DNA of 64,000 bases from Acidimicrobiia bacterium. Its GTDB lineage: Bacteria > Actinomycetota > Acidimicrobiia > IMCC26256 > PALSA-610. A program made the translations under genes and the position numbers. The notes beneath the pieces are model-generated. The model saw only the letters and a program-made list of their open reading frames with translations, did no database searches and was not told the origin of the DNA. Positions within the stretch are counted from its first letter, which is position 1; every line of letters begins with the position of its first letter. This document shows positions 48,878 to 58,432 of the stretch, piece by piece. The stretch is taken from NCBI GenBank assembly GCA_038320885.1, contig JBBQER010000004.1, positions 177 to 64,176 on the forward strand, in the 5' to 3' direction.

Positions 48878-49765
48878 TTACCCGAAGCGAACGATCGAGA
48901 GCAAGCCTGCGGCTAGGCAGTAAATGGCGAAGGGCAGGAGGTTGCGGGTCTCGAAGAACCGCATGAGGAACCGGACCGATGCGTAGGCCGCCAGGCCGGC
49001 GAAGACACTCCCGACCAGGGCCTGACTTCGGATCCCGTCGCCGAGGGGGCCGGTGAGGTCGGGGATCTTGTAGACGCCGGCCGCGAAGATGATCGGCGTC
49101 GCCAGGAGGAACGAGAAGCGCGCCGCGTCTTCGTGGTCGAGGCCGCGCAGGAGTCCGGCCACCATCGTGATGCCCGAACGGCTGATGCCCGCGAACAACG
49201 ACCCGATCTGCGCGACGCCCACCGCGCCCGCTTCCTTGAAACCGAGCGTGTCGAGGCGCCGGCCTTCTTCGCTCTCGCTCCGCACCGCCGGATGTTGCGC
49301 GACGAGGTTGCGGACCGCACCTCGGCGGCGAATTCGTTCTCCGCCGAGCAAGATCACGCCGTTGACCGTCAAGAAGATCGCGGCGGCGAGGGGCTTGGCG
49401 AAGAGCGTCCGCAGCGAATGCTCCAGCGCGAGGCCGGTGAGTCCCACGGGGACAGTCGCCACGATCAACAGCCACGCCATGCGTTCGTCCGGCGTCTCGA
49501 GTCGGCGCGTACGCAGCGTGCGCAGGAATCCGCGAATGAGGCGGACCCAGTCTTCCCGGAAGTACACGGTCAGCGCGATCGCGGTCGCGACGTGCAACGC
49601 GACGACGAACGCAAGGTAGAATGACTCACCGGCCGACTGCGCGGTCACGAGGTGATCCCAACCGAGCCAGGCCGGCACCAACACCGAATGGCCCAGGCTC
49701 GAGATCGGGAACAGCTCGGTGACGCCTTGCAACAGGCCGATCACGATGGCCTGGAAGTAGCTCAC
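48878..49765 (-). CDS. uppP: Undecaprenyl-diphosphate phosphatase (BacA/UppP)
   Basis: QGVTELFPISSLGH, GISRSGIT and ARFSFLLATP motifs. Confidence 0.93.
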   Translation of the reverse strand: MSYFQAIVIGLLQGVTELFPISSLGHSVLVPAWLGWDHLVTAQSAGESFYLAFVVALHVATAIALTVYFREDWVRLIRGFLRTLRTRRLETPDERMAWLLIVATVPVGLTGLALEHSLRTLFAKPLAAAIFLTVNGVILLGGERIRRRGAVRNLVAQHPAVRSESEEGRRLDTLGFKEAGAVGVAQIGSLFAGISRSGITMVAGLLRGLDHEDAARFSFLLATPIIFAAGVYKIPDLTGPLGDGIRSQALVGSVFAGLAAYASVRFLMRFFETRNLLPFAIYCLAAGLLSIVRFG

Positions 49766-50013
49766 GCGTGTTCGCCGGTCGGCTTCTCCGAGGACTCGAG
49801 CGCCTCGAGCCGGCGATGGACTCGCAGCGCCCGCCACAACGACGCTCCCAGCGCGCCGGCCACGCAGGCCGGCAGCACCGGCCACGCGTTCCACCCGTTG
49901 TGCGATACGAGCGCGGTGAACGCGACCGCGACAACGACGGCGACCGCGATCGTCCAATCGTCGCCGACGACGAAGTCGTACCAGAATCGTCCGAAGTTCC
50001 CGAGAAATTTCAT
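49762..50013 (-). CDS. Small two-TM membrane protein (FWYDFVVGDDW motif)
   Basis: 83 aa, translationally coupled on both sides (ATGA/GTGA); two hydrophobic segments. Confidence 0.75.
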   Translation of the reverse strand: MKFLGNFGRFWYDFVVGDDWTIAVAVVVAVAFTALVSHNGWNAWPVLPACVAGALGASLWRALRVHRRLEALESSEKPTGEHA

Positions 50014-50750
50014 GTTGCGGCCATCGCGAACGACGCGTCCGCTCGGCGCAGAACTGCGACGAAAGCGAACGACATGGCGACGACGAACGCGATCAACGCG
50101 ATCAATGCCAAGTCTTTCCCCGGCCACGAGACGCCCGCTCCCTCCGCGCTCCAGAAGATTCCGAACGCGGTCAACATCACGCCGACGCCGAACTTCAAGG
50201 TGTTCTCGGGTACGCGCGTGAGCGGACCGTGCACGACGACACCGGCGATCAAGACCATGACCAGCGACGCACCGGCGCCCAGCGCGGCGACTCCGACGTT
50301 GTGCTGCGCTCCGCCGAACGTGACGATGATGAAGGCGACCTCGAGACCTTCGAGAAACACGCCCTTGAAGGCGACGGTGAAGGCGTACCAGTCGAGCCTC
50401 GGACCCTTCTCGCTCGTCCCGAGCAACGCGATCTCGGCCTCGTAGATCGCTTCCTCGTCGTGCAGTGCTTTCAGGCCGCTCGCGCGCAGAATCGCCTTGC
50501 GCAACCACTGCAACCCGAAGATCAACAAGAGCGCGCCGACGGCGACCCGCAGTGAGTCGATCGGAAGCTTCGCTAGCGCGGGACCGAGGGCGCCGATGAT
50601 CGCAGTCAGCCCGCCCAGCGCGGCCGCGATCCCCCACGCTGCCGATCGCCATCCGCGCGTGACCGCGACCGCGAGCACGATCGTGAGCGCCTCGACCATC
50701 TCGACTGCGCACGCCAGGAAGGCGGCGGAAAAGAGCAGGAATGTATGCAT
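50010..50750 (-). CDS. COG4280-type membrane protein (duplicated ExxE motif; Ftr1/LysE-superfamily-like)
   Basis: AVEMVEALTIV and FLEGLEVAFII in two halves, QWLRKAILR and VPENTLKF. Confidence 0.78.
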   Translation of the reverse strand: MHTFLLFSAAFLACAVEMVEALTIVLAVAVTRGWRSAAWGIAAALGGLTAIIGALGPALAKLPIDSLRVAVGALLLIFGLQWLRKAILRASGLKALHDEEAIYEAEIALLGTSEKGPRLDWYAFTVAFKGVFLEGLEVAFIIVTFGGAQHNVGVAALGAGASLVMVLIAGVVVHGPLTRVPENTLKFGVGVMLTAFGIFWSAEGAGVSWPGKDLALIALIAFVVAMSFAFVAVLRRADASFAMAAT

Positions 50751-50792
50751 ATTTGGCGCCTCGGGAGCGGCTTCGTAGCGTACACTACAGGA

Positions 50793-51671
50793 ATGCAGCC
50801 TGAGGTAGCAAGTGCTACCAGCGAGCTCGAGGAGCGGCTGGCCCGCAGCGGGAACCTCGCGCCGGCCGAACGACGGGTCGCCGAGGGCCTGATCGAGTTC
50901 GGGCCGGAGGAGGCACTGCTGTCGGCGGCCGCGCTCGCGGTGCGGCTCGGGACGAGCGACGCAACGGTCGTTCGCACCGCGAAGGCGCTCGGTTACCGCG
51001 GGCTGGCAGATCTCCGCCGCGCGTTGGCTGTCCGCTCCCCCGAACCGCCGCTGGGCGAGCGACTGCGGCGCACGCTCGAGCAGGCGCCATCGGAAGAGAT
51101 CCTCGCGGCCTCCATCGACCGCCACCTCGTGGCGCTCGACGCGCTCAGCCGTGATGTGTCGTCACAACAATTCCAGGAGGCCGTCGCCGTGCTCGCGAGC
51201 AGCCGGCGCGTCGTGTGGCGCGGTGTCGGACCCTCGGCGCATCTCGCGTCGTACGCCGAGATTCTCAGCCAGAGGATCGGCAAGCCGAGCATCGCGCTCG
51301 TCCACACCGGCACGTCGTTCGCCGACGAGCTCCTCGCGGTCGCGCCCGACGACGCGATCGTCGTGTTGGCGTACGGGCGATTCCAGTCACACGTGCGCGT
51401 GCTCCTCGACCGCGCCGCCGAGCTGGGCGCGCCGGTGATCCTGATCACCGACGCGCGTGGTCGGGTGCCCAACGGTGTGCACACAACGCTGCGCTGCGGT
51501 CGGGGTGCACCCGGGCTCTTCGCGAGCCACGGCGTCACACTCGTCGTGATCGAAGCGCTCGTGCTCGCGGTCGCCGCCAGCGACCGCGAGAAGTCAGACG
51601 CCGCCCTCGCCGTTCTGAACGAGCTGCGCGCGGAGCTGGCCGGACGGCGCATCGACGTCGACACGCCGTAG
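50793..51671 (+). CDS. MurR/RpiR family transcriptional regulator (HTH + SIS)
   Basis: L.PAERRVA, GTSDATVVRTAKALGYRG HTH, SIS GVGPS and ILITD. Confidence 0.9.
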   Translation: MQPEVASATSELEERLARSGNLAPAERRVAEGLIEFGPEEALLSAAALAVRLGTSDATVVRTAKALGYRGLADLRRALAVRSPEPPLGERLRRTLEQAPSEEILAASIDRHLVALDALSRDVSSQQFQEAVAVLASSRRVVWRGVGPSAHLASYAEILSQRIGKPSIALVHTGTSFADELLAVAPDDAIVVLAYGRFQSHVRVLLDRAAELGAPVILITDARGRVPNGVHTTLRCGRGAPGLFASHGVTLVVIEALVLAVAASDREKSDAALAVLNELRAELAGRRIDVDTP

Positions 51672-52991
51672 CGGCCCGCTTCGGGCCGGTTGCCTCACGA
51701 CCAGCACCACGAGCGTTGCGACGGTAAGGACCGGGAGACCGACCGTCAGCATTCCGTGGGAAAGTCGTCCGGCCTCGGGGCCAGTCCCCACCTGATACGT
51801 CGCGCAGAGGATCCCGCCGTGCAGCGCGGTGACCACGGCAATGGCGCGGCGAGACGACATCGCAGCAACCGGCATGCTCCACAGCGCGTACCACGGCAAC
51901 ATGTATCCGGCCACGACCGCGTACGAGGCGAGCGTGAGTGCAACCGGCGCGGCGAGGTCGGACGTGTAGCGGTTCCTGCGGCCGACCTCGGCGATGATGA
52001 GCAACGCCGCGACCAGGCCCAGCGTCGAAGCCGCGCCCGACGAAACCAGACCCGGATTCACGACAAGCCGCCACGGCGACGCGCGCGAGATGATGCCGTG
52101 CGTCGCGTGCGCCGCGGCAGTGAACGACGACGGCGCGACGACGAGCGCGATCACCATGAACGCGCTGACACCGGCCGTGAACCGAAGCGCGTCCCGAACG
52201 CGCCGCCGGCCCAGCAGGACCACCACGACGACGGGGAGCGCGAACAGTGCCGCGACCTTGACCAGCGCGGCGAGACCGATGGCCGCCGCCGCACCGAACA
52301 CGCGGTCACGTCGCAACAGCGCCACTGCGGCGACGGCGCCAAGGGCCACGTAGACATCCGCGTGGGCGCCGTTCACGACCGAGACCCACACCATCGGCTG
52401 GAGTCCCACCAGCACCACGACGGCGCGTCGCTTTGTCGTGCGGGCGACGATCCAGACGCATGCGAACATCGTGAGCGCGGCCGGGATCTGGAACGCGAGG
52501 CGCACGATCAGCAGATGCGTGCCGGCGAGCCGGCTGATGACAGCCGCGACGCCGACGAAGAGCGGTCCGTACGCGCTCGGCGTATGCCACCAGCCGCGCC
52601 CGACGAGCCGGACGATCGGATCACCGGCGAATCGGGCGATGATGACGTGGTACGGATTGGCGTGGTAGTGCTCGATCAGCCGGCCGTAGCTCGCGTAGGC
52701 CCACATGTCGTGCGACCCGAGTGGCGCGCGAGCCACGGCAATGACCGCCGGCACCGCCATCGCGGCCCACGGCGTCGCGCGCCCGACATGCAGTGTCTCC
52801 CGGGTACCGACCCAGGTCGCCGCCGCGGTCCCGATCCCGATGAGCACGACGCTCGCGACACCGCGAAGGTTCCCGAGCAGGATGATCGCCGTGCACGCGA
52901 CGGCCACCGCTATCAGGAGCCGTTCGATCGCGCCGTCACCGGGCAACCGCCGAGGCGTGCGCCCCTCTCGCTCGCGCGAGAGGAGACTCAC
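51594..52991 (-). CDS. GT-C glycosyltransferase, MptB/GT87-like (polyprenyl-phosphate-sugar dependent)
   Basis: SHDMWAYASYG, NPY, PSAYGPLF, NGAHAD and LPWY; many TMs. Confidence 0.8.
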   Translation of the reverse strand: MSLLSREREGRTPRRLPGDGAIERLLIAVAVACTAIILLGNLRGVASVVLIGIGTAAATWVGTRETLHVGRATPWAAMAVPAVIAVARAPLGSHDMWAYASYGRLIEHYHANPYHVIIARFAGDPIVRLVGRGWWHTPSAYGPLFVGVAAVISRLAGTHLLIVRLAFQIPAALTMFACVWIVARTTKRRAVVVLVGLQPMVWVSVVNGAHADVYVALGAVAAVALLRRDRVFGAAAAIGLAALVKVAALFALPVVVVVLLGRRRVRDALRFTAGVSAFMVIALVVAPSSFTAAAHATHGIISRASPWRLVVNPGLVSSGAASTLGLVAALLIIAEVGRRNRYTSDLAAPVALTLASYAVVAGYMLPWYALWSMPVAAMSSRRAIAVVTALHGGILCATYQVGTGPEAGRLSHGMLTVGLPVLTVATLVVLVVRQPARSGPLRRVDVDAPSGQLRAQLVQNGEGGV

Positions 52992-55645
52992 AAGTCGCGC
53001 AGCACCGTCACCGGTGCCCGTTGTGCTCGCCGGATCGTCATCATTCCCGCGACCAGAACGGCGGCGATCGCGACTCCCGCGACAACCGCGAGATATCCCC
53101 AGGGCACCGAGAGGGCCGCGGGCGGTGGGTCGAAGACGCCGGTAAGGACTTTGACGAGCATCTCGGCGAGCACCCAGCCGGTGAGTGCACCGGCCGCGAG
53201 ACCGCCGGCGGTGACGAAGGCCGCCTCGCTCCAGACGAACCCACCCAGCTGGCGGGGCTTGGCGCCGAGCGCCGTGGCGATCGCGAACGTGCGGCGCCGT
53301 TCGGCGAAGCCGAGTGCGAGGACGAGACCGGTCGCCGCCGCGGCGAGCGCGAGCGCGAATCCGAGCTCGACTCGCGTGAGGCCCGACAGATCAACGGCGG
53401 TGAGGCTGGTGCCGATGAGCTTGCGCGTCTTGGAAATGTCGGTGACCGATGCCGTGGTGCCGACTTGGCGGCGGATGTTCGCGGCGACGGCCGCCGGCGA
53501 CGAGCCGCCGGTGTCGATCAGGAAGGCGCCGACCGCGTCGCTGCCTGTCTTCTGCGCGATATAGCTCGCGTTCGCCAGCATGAAACTGTCTCTGGGTGCA
53601 GTCGGAAACTCGGTCGCGACGCCGATGTAGCGAAACGGTACTTCGGTGAGTTGCTTGGTGCGGCCGTTCTGGAGGCGCAGGCGCAGGGTGTCGCCGGGCT
53701 GGAGCTGGAAGTCCTTGACAGTCTCGGCGCTCACGAGCACGCCGTTGGGCTCGCGTCCGAGCCGGGCCATGAGCGCGCGGGCGGTACCGCCCTTGAAATA
53801 CGCGTCCTGGAGCTTGGTCGCACCGACGATGGTCGAGGTCCGAACGCCGAACATGTCTTGCAGATCGGCGCCGACGTACGCGTAGCGGTGCTGGAGCGGC
53901 TCGACCGACTTGACGCCCGCCACTGCCGCGAGCTTCGCGCTCGCGGCCGGTCCCACGTTGCTGCCCGGCGGCTCGGTGACGGTGACGTCGTTGCCGTTGG
54001 TGAGCCGCGCGTCGATCTCGGCCTGGGCGCGGTACGTGCTGTTGAACACGGCGGTCGACGCCGCGAACGCGGTGGTGAGCGCGACGAGCACGAGCGCGCC
54101 CGCGAGGAGACGACGCTGCCGGCGCATCGTCGCGCCGACGGTGCTCGCGAGCCGTCCCGAGAACGGGCGCGCCAGCCGGCGCGCGAAGGATCGCCCGGAT
54201 CCGAGCACGAGGTACGCGACCCGCCACGCGAGGAGACCCGCGCCCGACCACAACAGCGCCGGGCCCGCGAGCGCCCAGTAGCTCACCGAGATCGCGGGAG
54301 TGCCTTCCGGCGCGAGGACAAGTTGGTAGCCGTTGCGGCTCGTCAGGCGGAACACAAGGGCGGAGCCGGCGAGGAGCAGGAGATCGAGTCCGAACCGCAG
54401 CCAACGAGGTGCACGGGCGCGGCCGACGACGCGGCGCGCGCCGACGACGGTGAGCGCCCGCGCGTCGCGCCATGCGGGGACGGCCACGGCGAGCCCGGCG
54501 ATGCCGAAGCCGACCGCGGCGGCGCTGACGGCCCAAACGATCGCCGCCCCGGTTGTCGCGCCGAACGACGCGGTGCCGAACGCCCAGGTGCCGACGAGTG
54601 CCGCGGCACCGAGGCCAACCAGCGCGCCGATAGCGCCGACCACTGCGGCTTCGAGGAGCGAGAGGCGCACCAGCGTTGTCGTTGTCGCACCGCGCGTGCG
54701 GAGCAGAGCCTGCTCGCGGCGGCGCCGGTCGGCACCGGATGCGGCAACTGCCGCCGTCAGCAGTCCGGCGAGAACTGCGCCGGGTACACCGAGGAAGAGG
54801 AACACGACCTGCGCGTACAGGCCGTCGCTCCGAGCCGCGGCGAGCGTCGAACCCAAGTTGTCGCCGACCAGACCGGCACCGGCGAGCAGCACTTCGAGAC
54901 TGCGCGCCGAACCGGTTACCCGCGTGTACGCGGCCGCCGGGTCACCGGGCAGCGCGTGTGAGAGGCGGGCGTGCACCTGCATGGTTACCTGATCGGGACG
55001 CGACGCCGCGAGCCGGTCGAACCGCGCGTGCCACGTTGCGGCCGGCAGGAAGACCACGTTGTCGGGCGGCGCGTGCGCCTGGGCGCCGATCGGCGCTCCG
55101 ACCTTCTGGAAGAACGAGTCGGCTTGCGGGACGTCGACGACGCCGTCGATACGCACCCTCGTGGGCGCGAGACCGGCGCGGCCGATCATGACCGTGTCAC
55201 CCGGCGCGACGTGCAGGTTGGCCGCGGTTTGCTGGGCAATGAGCACGCCGAGGGGCGCACCCACGAGGTTCCGGATGACGCCCGGGAAGGTCCGGGAGTA
55301 CGAGACGGGAAGACCGACGACGACGCCCGGTCCGGTGGACTGCGTGGACGCGCCGGTGGTTGCCTGGAGACCCGGCGTCTTCGCGAACTCGACGGGCAGC
55401 GCGCTCGTCGTGCGGGACGAGACGCCGGCGAGCACCTTCGCCGGATCGGCACCCGGTTGCGCCTCGACCTGCCAGTCGACAGACACGTTCTGGACCGCGC
55501 GGCGGGTCATCGTCGCTTTCGACCCGGCGAGGAACGTGCCGATCGAAGCCAGCAACGCCACTGCGATCGCGACGCCGCCCGCGGTCGCGAGGAAACGTCC
55601 GAATCGGCGCGTGATGGCGCCTCGAACCCAGGTCAGGCCGAGCAT
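52988..55645 (-). CDS. Large FtsX-like ABC permease
   Basis: RRREQALLRTRGAT and ERRRTFAIATALGA repeats with two large extracytoplasmic domains. Confidence 0.88.
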   Translation of the reverse strand: MLGLTWVRGAITRRFGRFLATAGGVAIAVALLASIGTFLAGSKATMTRRAVQNVSVDWQVEAQPGADPAKVLAGVSSRTTSALPVEFAKTPGLQATTGASTQSTGPGVVVGLPVSYSRTFPGVIRNLVGAPLGVLIAQQTAANLHVAPGDTVMIGRAGLAPTRVRIDGVVDVPQADSFFQKVGAPIGAQAHAPPDNVVFLPAATWHARFDRLAASRPDQVTMQVHARLSHALPGDPAAAYTRVTGSARSLEVLLAGAGLVGDNLGSTLAAARSDGLYAQVVFLFLGVPGAVLAGLLTAAVAASGADRRRREQALLRTRGATTTTLVRLSLLEAAVVGAIGALVGLGAAALVGTWAFGTASFGATTGAAIVWAVSAAAVGFGIAGLAVAVPAWRDARALTVVGARRVVGRARAPRWLRFGLDLLLLAGSALVFRLTSRNGYQLVLAPEGTPAISVSYWALAGPALLWSGAGLLAWRVAYLVLGSGRSFARRLARPFSGRLASTVGATMRRQRRLLAGALVLVALTTAFAASTAVFNSTYRAQAEIDARLTNGNDVTVTEPPGSNVGPAASAKLAAVAGVKSVEPLQHRYAYVGADLQDMFGVRTSTIVGATKLQDAYFKGGTARALMARLGREPNGVLVSAETVKDFQLQPGDTLRLRLQNGRTKQLTEVPFRYIGVATEFPTAPRDSFMLANASYIAQKTGSDAVGAFLIDTGGSSPAAVAANIRRQVGTTASVTDISKTRKLIGTSLTAVDLSGLTRVELGFALALAAAATGLVLALGFAERRRTFAIATALGAKPRQLGGFVWSEAAFVTAGGLAAGALTGWVLAEMLVKVLTGVFDPPPAALSVPWGYLAVVAGVAIAAVLVAGMMTIRRAQRAPVTVLRDL

Positions 55646-56337
55646 GATTCGGCCTCCGCGGCATCGGGGTCGGCAGGGACGGTGAGGCGACCATCGCTGA
55701 CCGTCCAGCGGCGAACGAGCCGCTCGCCGATATCGGGGTCGTGGGTGCTGATCACGAGGGCGGCGCCCAGCGCGGCCGCGGCCTCGAGGAGCACGTCGAT
55801 CACCACCGCGCCGGTCGTGTGATCGAGCTGCCCGGTCGGTTCGTCGGCGAGCAGCAACTGCGGGCGCTGCGCGAGCGCGCGCGCGATCGCCACTCGCTGG
55901 GCCTGTCCGCCCGACAACTCCTCGGGCAACTTGTCGCCCACGCCGAGCAGGTCGAACCGGTCGAGTGCGTCACGGGCGCGTTCGGTTGCTTCGCTCGGGT
56001 CGACGCCACCGAGAACGAGCGGGAGCGCAACGTTCTCGGTGACGTCGAGCGGCGGAAGCAGGCTGGGGCCCTGCAGGACGAGCGCGATCGGTCCGGGTCG
56101 AAGCGTTGCCCGCTCGCCAAGGGCCGGCCAACTGACTGTGCCCGCGGTCGGGGTATCGAGACCCGCGATCAGGTGCAGCAGGGTCGACTTGCCCGAGCCC
56201 GACGGGCCCATGATCGCGATCTGCTCGCCGGCGCCGATCTCGCACGACAGCCCGTGCAGCGCGACGACGGCCGAGCGTCCCGACCCGTATGTCCGCGCGA
56301 CCTGTTCGCAGCGGACCAATGGTTCCGCGTTCGTCAT
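55633..56337 (-). CDS. LolD-type ABC ATP-binding protein
   Basis: GPSGSGKS, LSGGQAQR, LADEPTGQLD and STHD. Confidence 0.92.
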   Translation of the reverse strand: MTNAEPLVRCEQVARTYGSGRSAVVALHGLSCEIGAGEQIAIMGPSGSGKSTLLHLIAGLDTPTAGTVSWPALGERATLRPGPIALVLQGPSLLPPLDVTENVALPLVLGGVDPSEATERARDALDRFDLLGVGDKLPEELSGGQAQRVAIARALAQRPQLLLADEPTGQLDHTTGAVVIDVLLEAAAALGAALVISTHDPDIGERLVRRWTVSDGRLTVPADPDAAEAESCSA

Positions 56338-56993
56338 TGCACAATCCCGTCACGAAGCGCAATGACGCGATCGGCTTCGTCCGCCAGCGCATCGCTGTGG
56401 GTCACGACGACGACCGCGGTTCCCGCGTGCGCGCGTTCGCGCAGCAGGGTGATGAGGTTCGCGGCGTTGGCGCGGTCGAGCTCGCCGGTCGGCTCGTCGG
56501 CCAACACCACGCTCGGGTTGTTGGCGAGCGCGACGGCAAGGCCGGCGCGCGCGAGCTCGCCACCGGAAAGCTCGGAAGGGTGCGAGCGCGAACGCTGCTC
56601 GATGAAGACTTCGCCCAACAACTCGGCGACCGGTGTCGCCCGACGGTTGGGGGACAGCCGTTGCGCGAGCCGGATGTTCTCGCCGACCGTCAGGTGCTCC
56701 AGGAGGTTCGCGTTCTGGAACAGGACGCCGACGTGTCGCGACCGCATCGACGCCCGCTCCGGTTCTGATCGCCGCGAGAGCGCCTCGCCTTCGATCGTCA
56801 CCATTCCGCCGTCGGGTTCGTCGAGCCCGGCGAGACACGCCATCAAGGTCGACTTCCCGGAGCCGGACGGGCCGGTCACGGCCACGATCTCGCCGCTCTC
56901 GACCGAGATCGAGACCCCGCGCAACGCCAGGGTCTCGTCGTCGCCCGCGTGGTAGAAGCGGTAAAGATCGCGCGCCTCGATCGCGGCGGTCAT
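56334..56993 (-). CDS. LolD-type ABC ATP-binding protein
   Basis: GPSGSGKS, LSGGE, LADEPTGELD and VTHS. Confidence 0.92.
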   Translation of the reverse strand: MTAAIEARDLYRFYHAGDDETLALRGVSISVESGEIVAVTGPSGSGKSTLMACLAGLDEPDGGMVTIEGEALSRRSEPERASMRSRHVGVLFQNANLLEHLTVGENIRLAQRLSPNRRATPVAELLGEVFIEQRSRSHPSELSGGELARAGLAVALANNPSVVLADEPTGELDRANAANLITLLRERAHAGTAVVVVTHSDALADEADRVIALRDGIVQ

Positions 56994-57607
56994 TTCGTCC
57001 ACGTGAACGAGTTGGTGACGGTCTTCCAGGGATCGACGTTGTCGGAGCCGCGCGCGCCCGAGAGCGTCAGTGTGACCAGGGTGCCGCTGCGCCAGAACTC
57101 ATATCGCTCGACGTCGATCGCGACGCGCTTGCCGGTCACGGGGTCGCGCGCCGATCCGGCTCGGTAGGAAACCAAGACCGCCGTCCCCGCCGCGCGCGTG
57201 ACCGTCGCGACCTTGACGAGCTCGAAATTGGGAATGCTGCGACGTAGGCGCGGGACTTCCGTCGTCTGTACACTCGCGGCGGTCGGTGCGGTCACGACGC
57301 GGGTGGCCGTGGCCATGACGCTGTTGTAGTGGTCGGTCAGCGTGACCGAGCTCCCGGCGATCTTGCGGGCCCAGCCCTCGGGGACCTTGATGGAATAGCG
57401 CCCGCCGGGACCGGCGAGGGCGACGTACACCTGCGTGTCGGGGATGTCGCCGGGAGCCACGACCTCGGGCGCGTTCGGATCGACACCGCCCGGAGCCGAC
57501 GTGGTGGTCTTCGCCGAGCTCGCGCCTTTGCCCGACGAGCCGCACCCCGCGGCCAGGAGCGTGAGCCCCACACCGGCCACGACAAGTCTCGCCGTGATGC
57601 GTCGCAT
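56990..57607 (-). CDS. Uncharacterised lipoprotein (possibly PsbP/Mog1-like fold)
   Basis: RBS AGGAG, lipobox AAGC, PGDIPD, YSIKVPEGW and DNVDPW. Confidence 0.8.
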   Translation of the reverse strand: MRRITARLVVAGVGLTLLAAGCGSSGKGASSAKTTTSAPGGVDPNAPEVVAPGDIPDTQVYVALAGPGGRYSIKVPEGWARKIAGSSVTLTDHYNSVMATATRVVTAPTAASVQTTEVPRLRRSIPNFELVKVATVTRAAGTAVLVSYRAGSARDPVTGKRVAIDVERYEFWRSGTLVTLTLSGARGSDNVDPWKTVTNSFTWTK

Positions 57608-57745
57608 CGGGATCTCCTCGGGTCGTGAACCTGACCCGGCGAAGGTAAGGAAACCGCCGGAAGCGAGCGGTTGGCCCGGGGTGAGCGAACGGCAAAACCT
57701 CGTCGGAGGGCGGGCGGCCCCACCCTCCGCTCCTAGCCTCGCGCC

Positions 57746-58432
57746 ATGGCTCCCGCCGTGCTGCTCGTCGAGGACGACCTCACGATCGGACGTTCACTCG
57801 AGCAGGCGCTCACGGCCGAGGGATACCGCGTCACACTCGCGGCCGACGGCGTCGCGGCGCGCGCGGCGTTCACTGCCGACTGTCCCGACCTCGTGTTGCT
57901 CGATCTCGGTCTTCCGGACGCCGACGGGGTCGAGCTCTGCCGTGAGATGCGCGCCGCGAGCCCCGGAAGCTCGATCATCGTGCTCACGGCCCGGCGAGAG
58001 GAAGCAGACATCGTCGTCGGCCTCGACGCCGGCGCCGACGACTACGTCACGAAGCCGTTTCGCCTCGCCGAGCTCCTGGCTCGGGTGCGCGCCCACCTCC
58101 GCGGACCGAAGACGGAGCAAGTATCCGAACGGATCGACGCCGGCGACCTGCACATCGACGTCGCGGCGCGCCGCGCCTGGGTCGGCACCCACGAGCTTGC
58201 ACTCCGGCCGCGCGAGCACGATCTCCTCGTCCTGCTCGCGTCGGAGCCCGGGCGAGTGATCACCCGGGAGCGGATCATGGAGGAGGTCTGGGACGAGCAT
58301 TGGTACGGCTCGACGAAGACCCTCGACGTGCACATCTCGTCGCTGCGGCGCAAGCTCGGCGCGCACCCCGGCCTGGCCGCGCCCAAGATCGTTGCGCTGC
58401 CGCGCGTGGGATACCGGCTCGATGCTCCATGA
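57746..58432 (+). CDS. OmpR-family response regulator
   Basis: LVEDD, LLDLGLPD, GADDYVTKPF and winged-helix TKTLDVHISSLRRKL..VGYRL. Confidence 0.95.
   Translation: MAPAVLLVEDDLTIGRSLEQALTAEGYRVTLAADGVAARAAFTADCPDLVLLDLGLPDADGVELCREMRAASPGSSIIVLTARREEADIVVGLDAGADDYVTKPFRLAELLARVRAHLRGPKTEQVSERIDAGDLHIDVAARRAWVGTHELALRPREHDLLVLLASEPGRVITRERIMEEVWDEHWYGSTKTLDVHISSLRRKLGAHPGLAAPKIVALPRVGYRLDAP

Noticed and set aside
57608-57745. OmpR-type direct-repeat operator between the lipoprotein and the response regulator
   Set aside because: Expected here, but no convincing repeat could be identified by eye.
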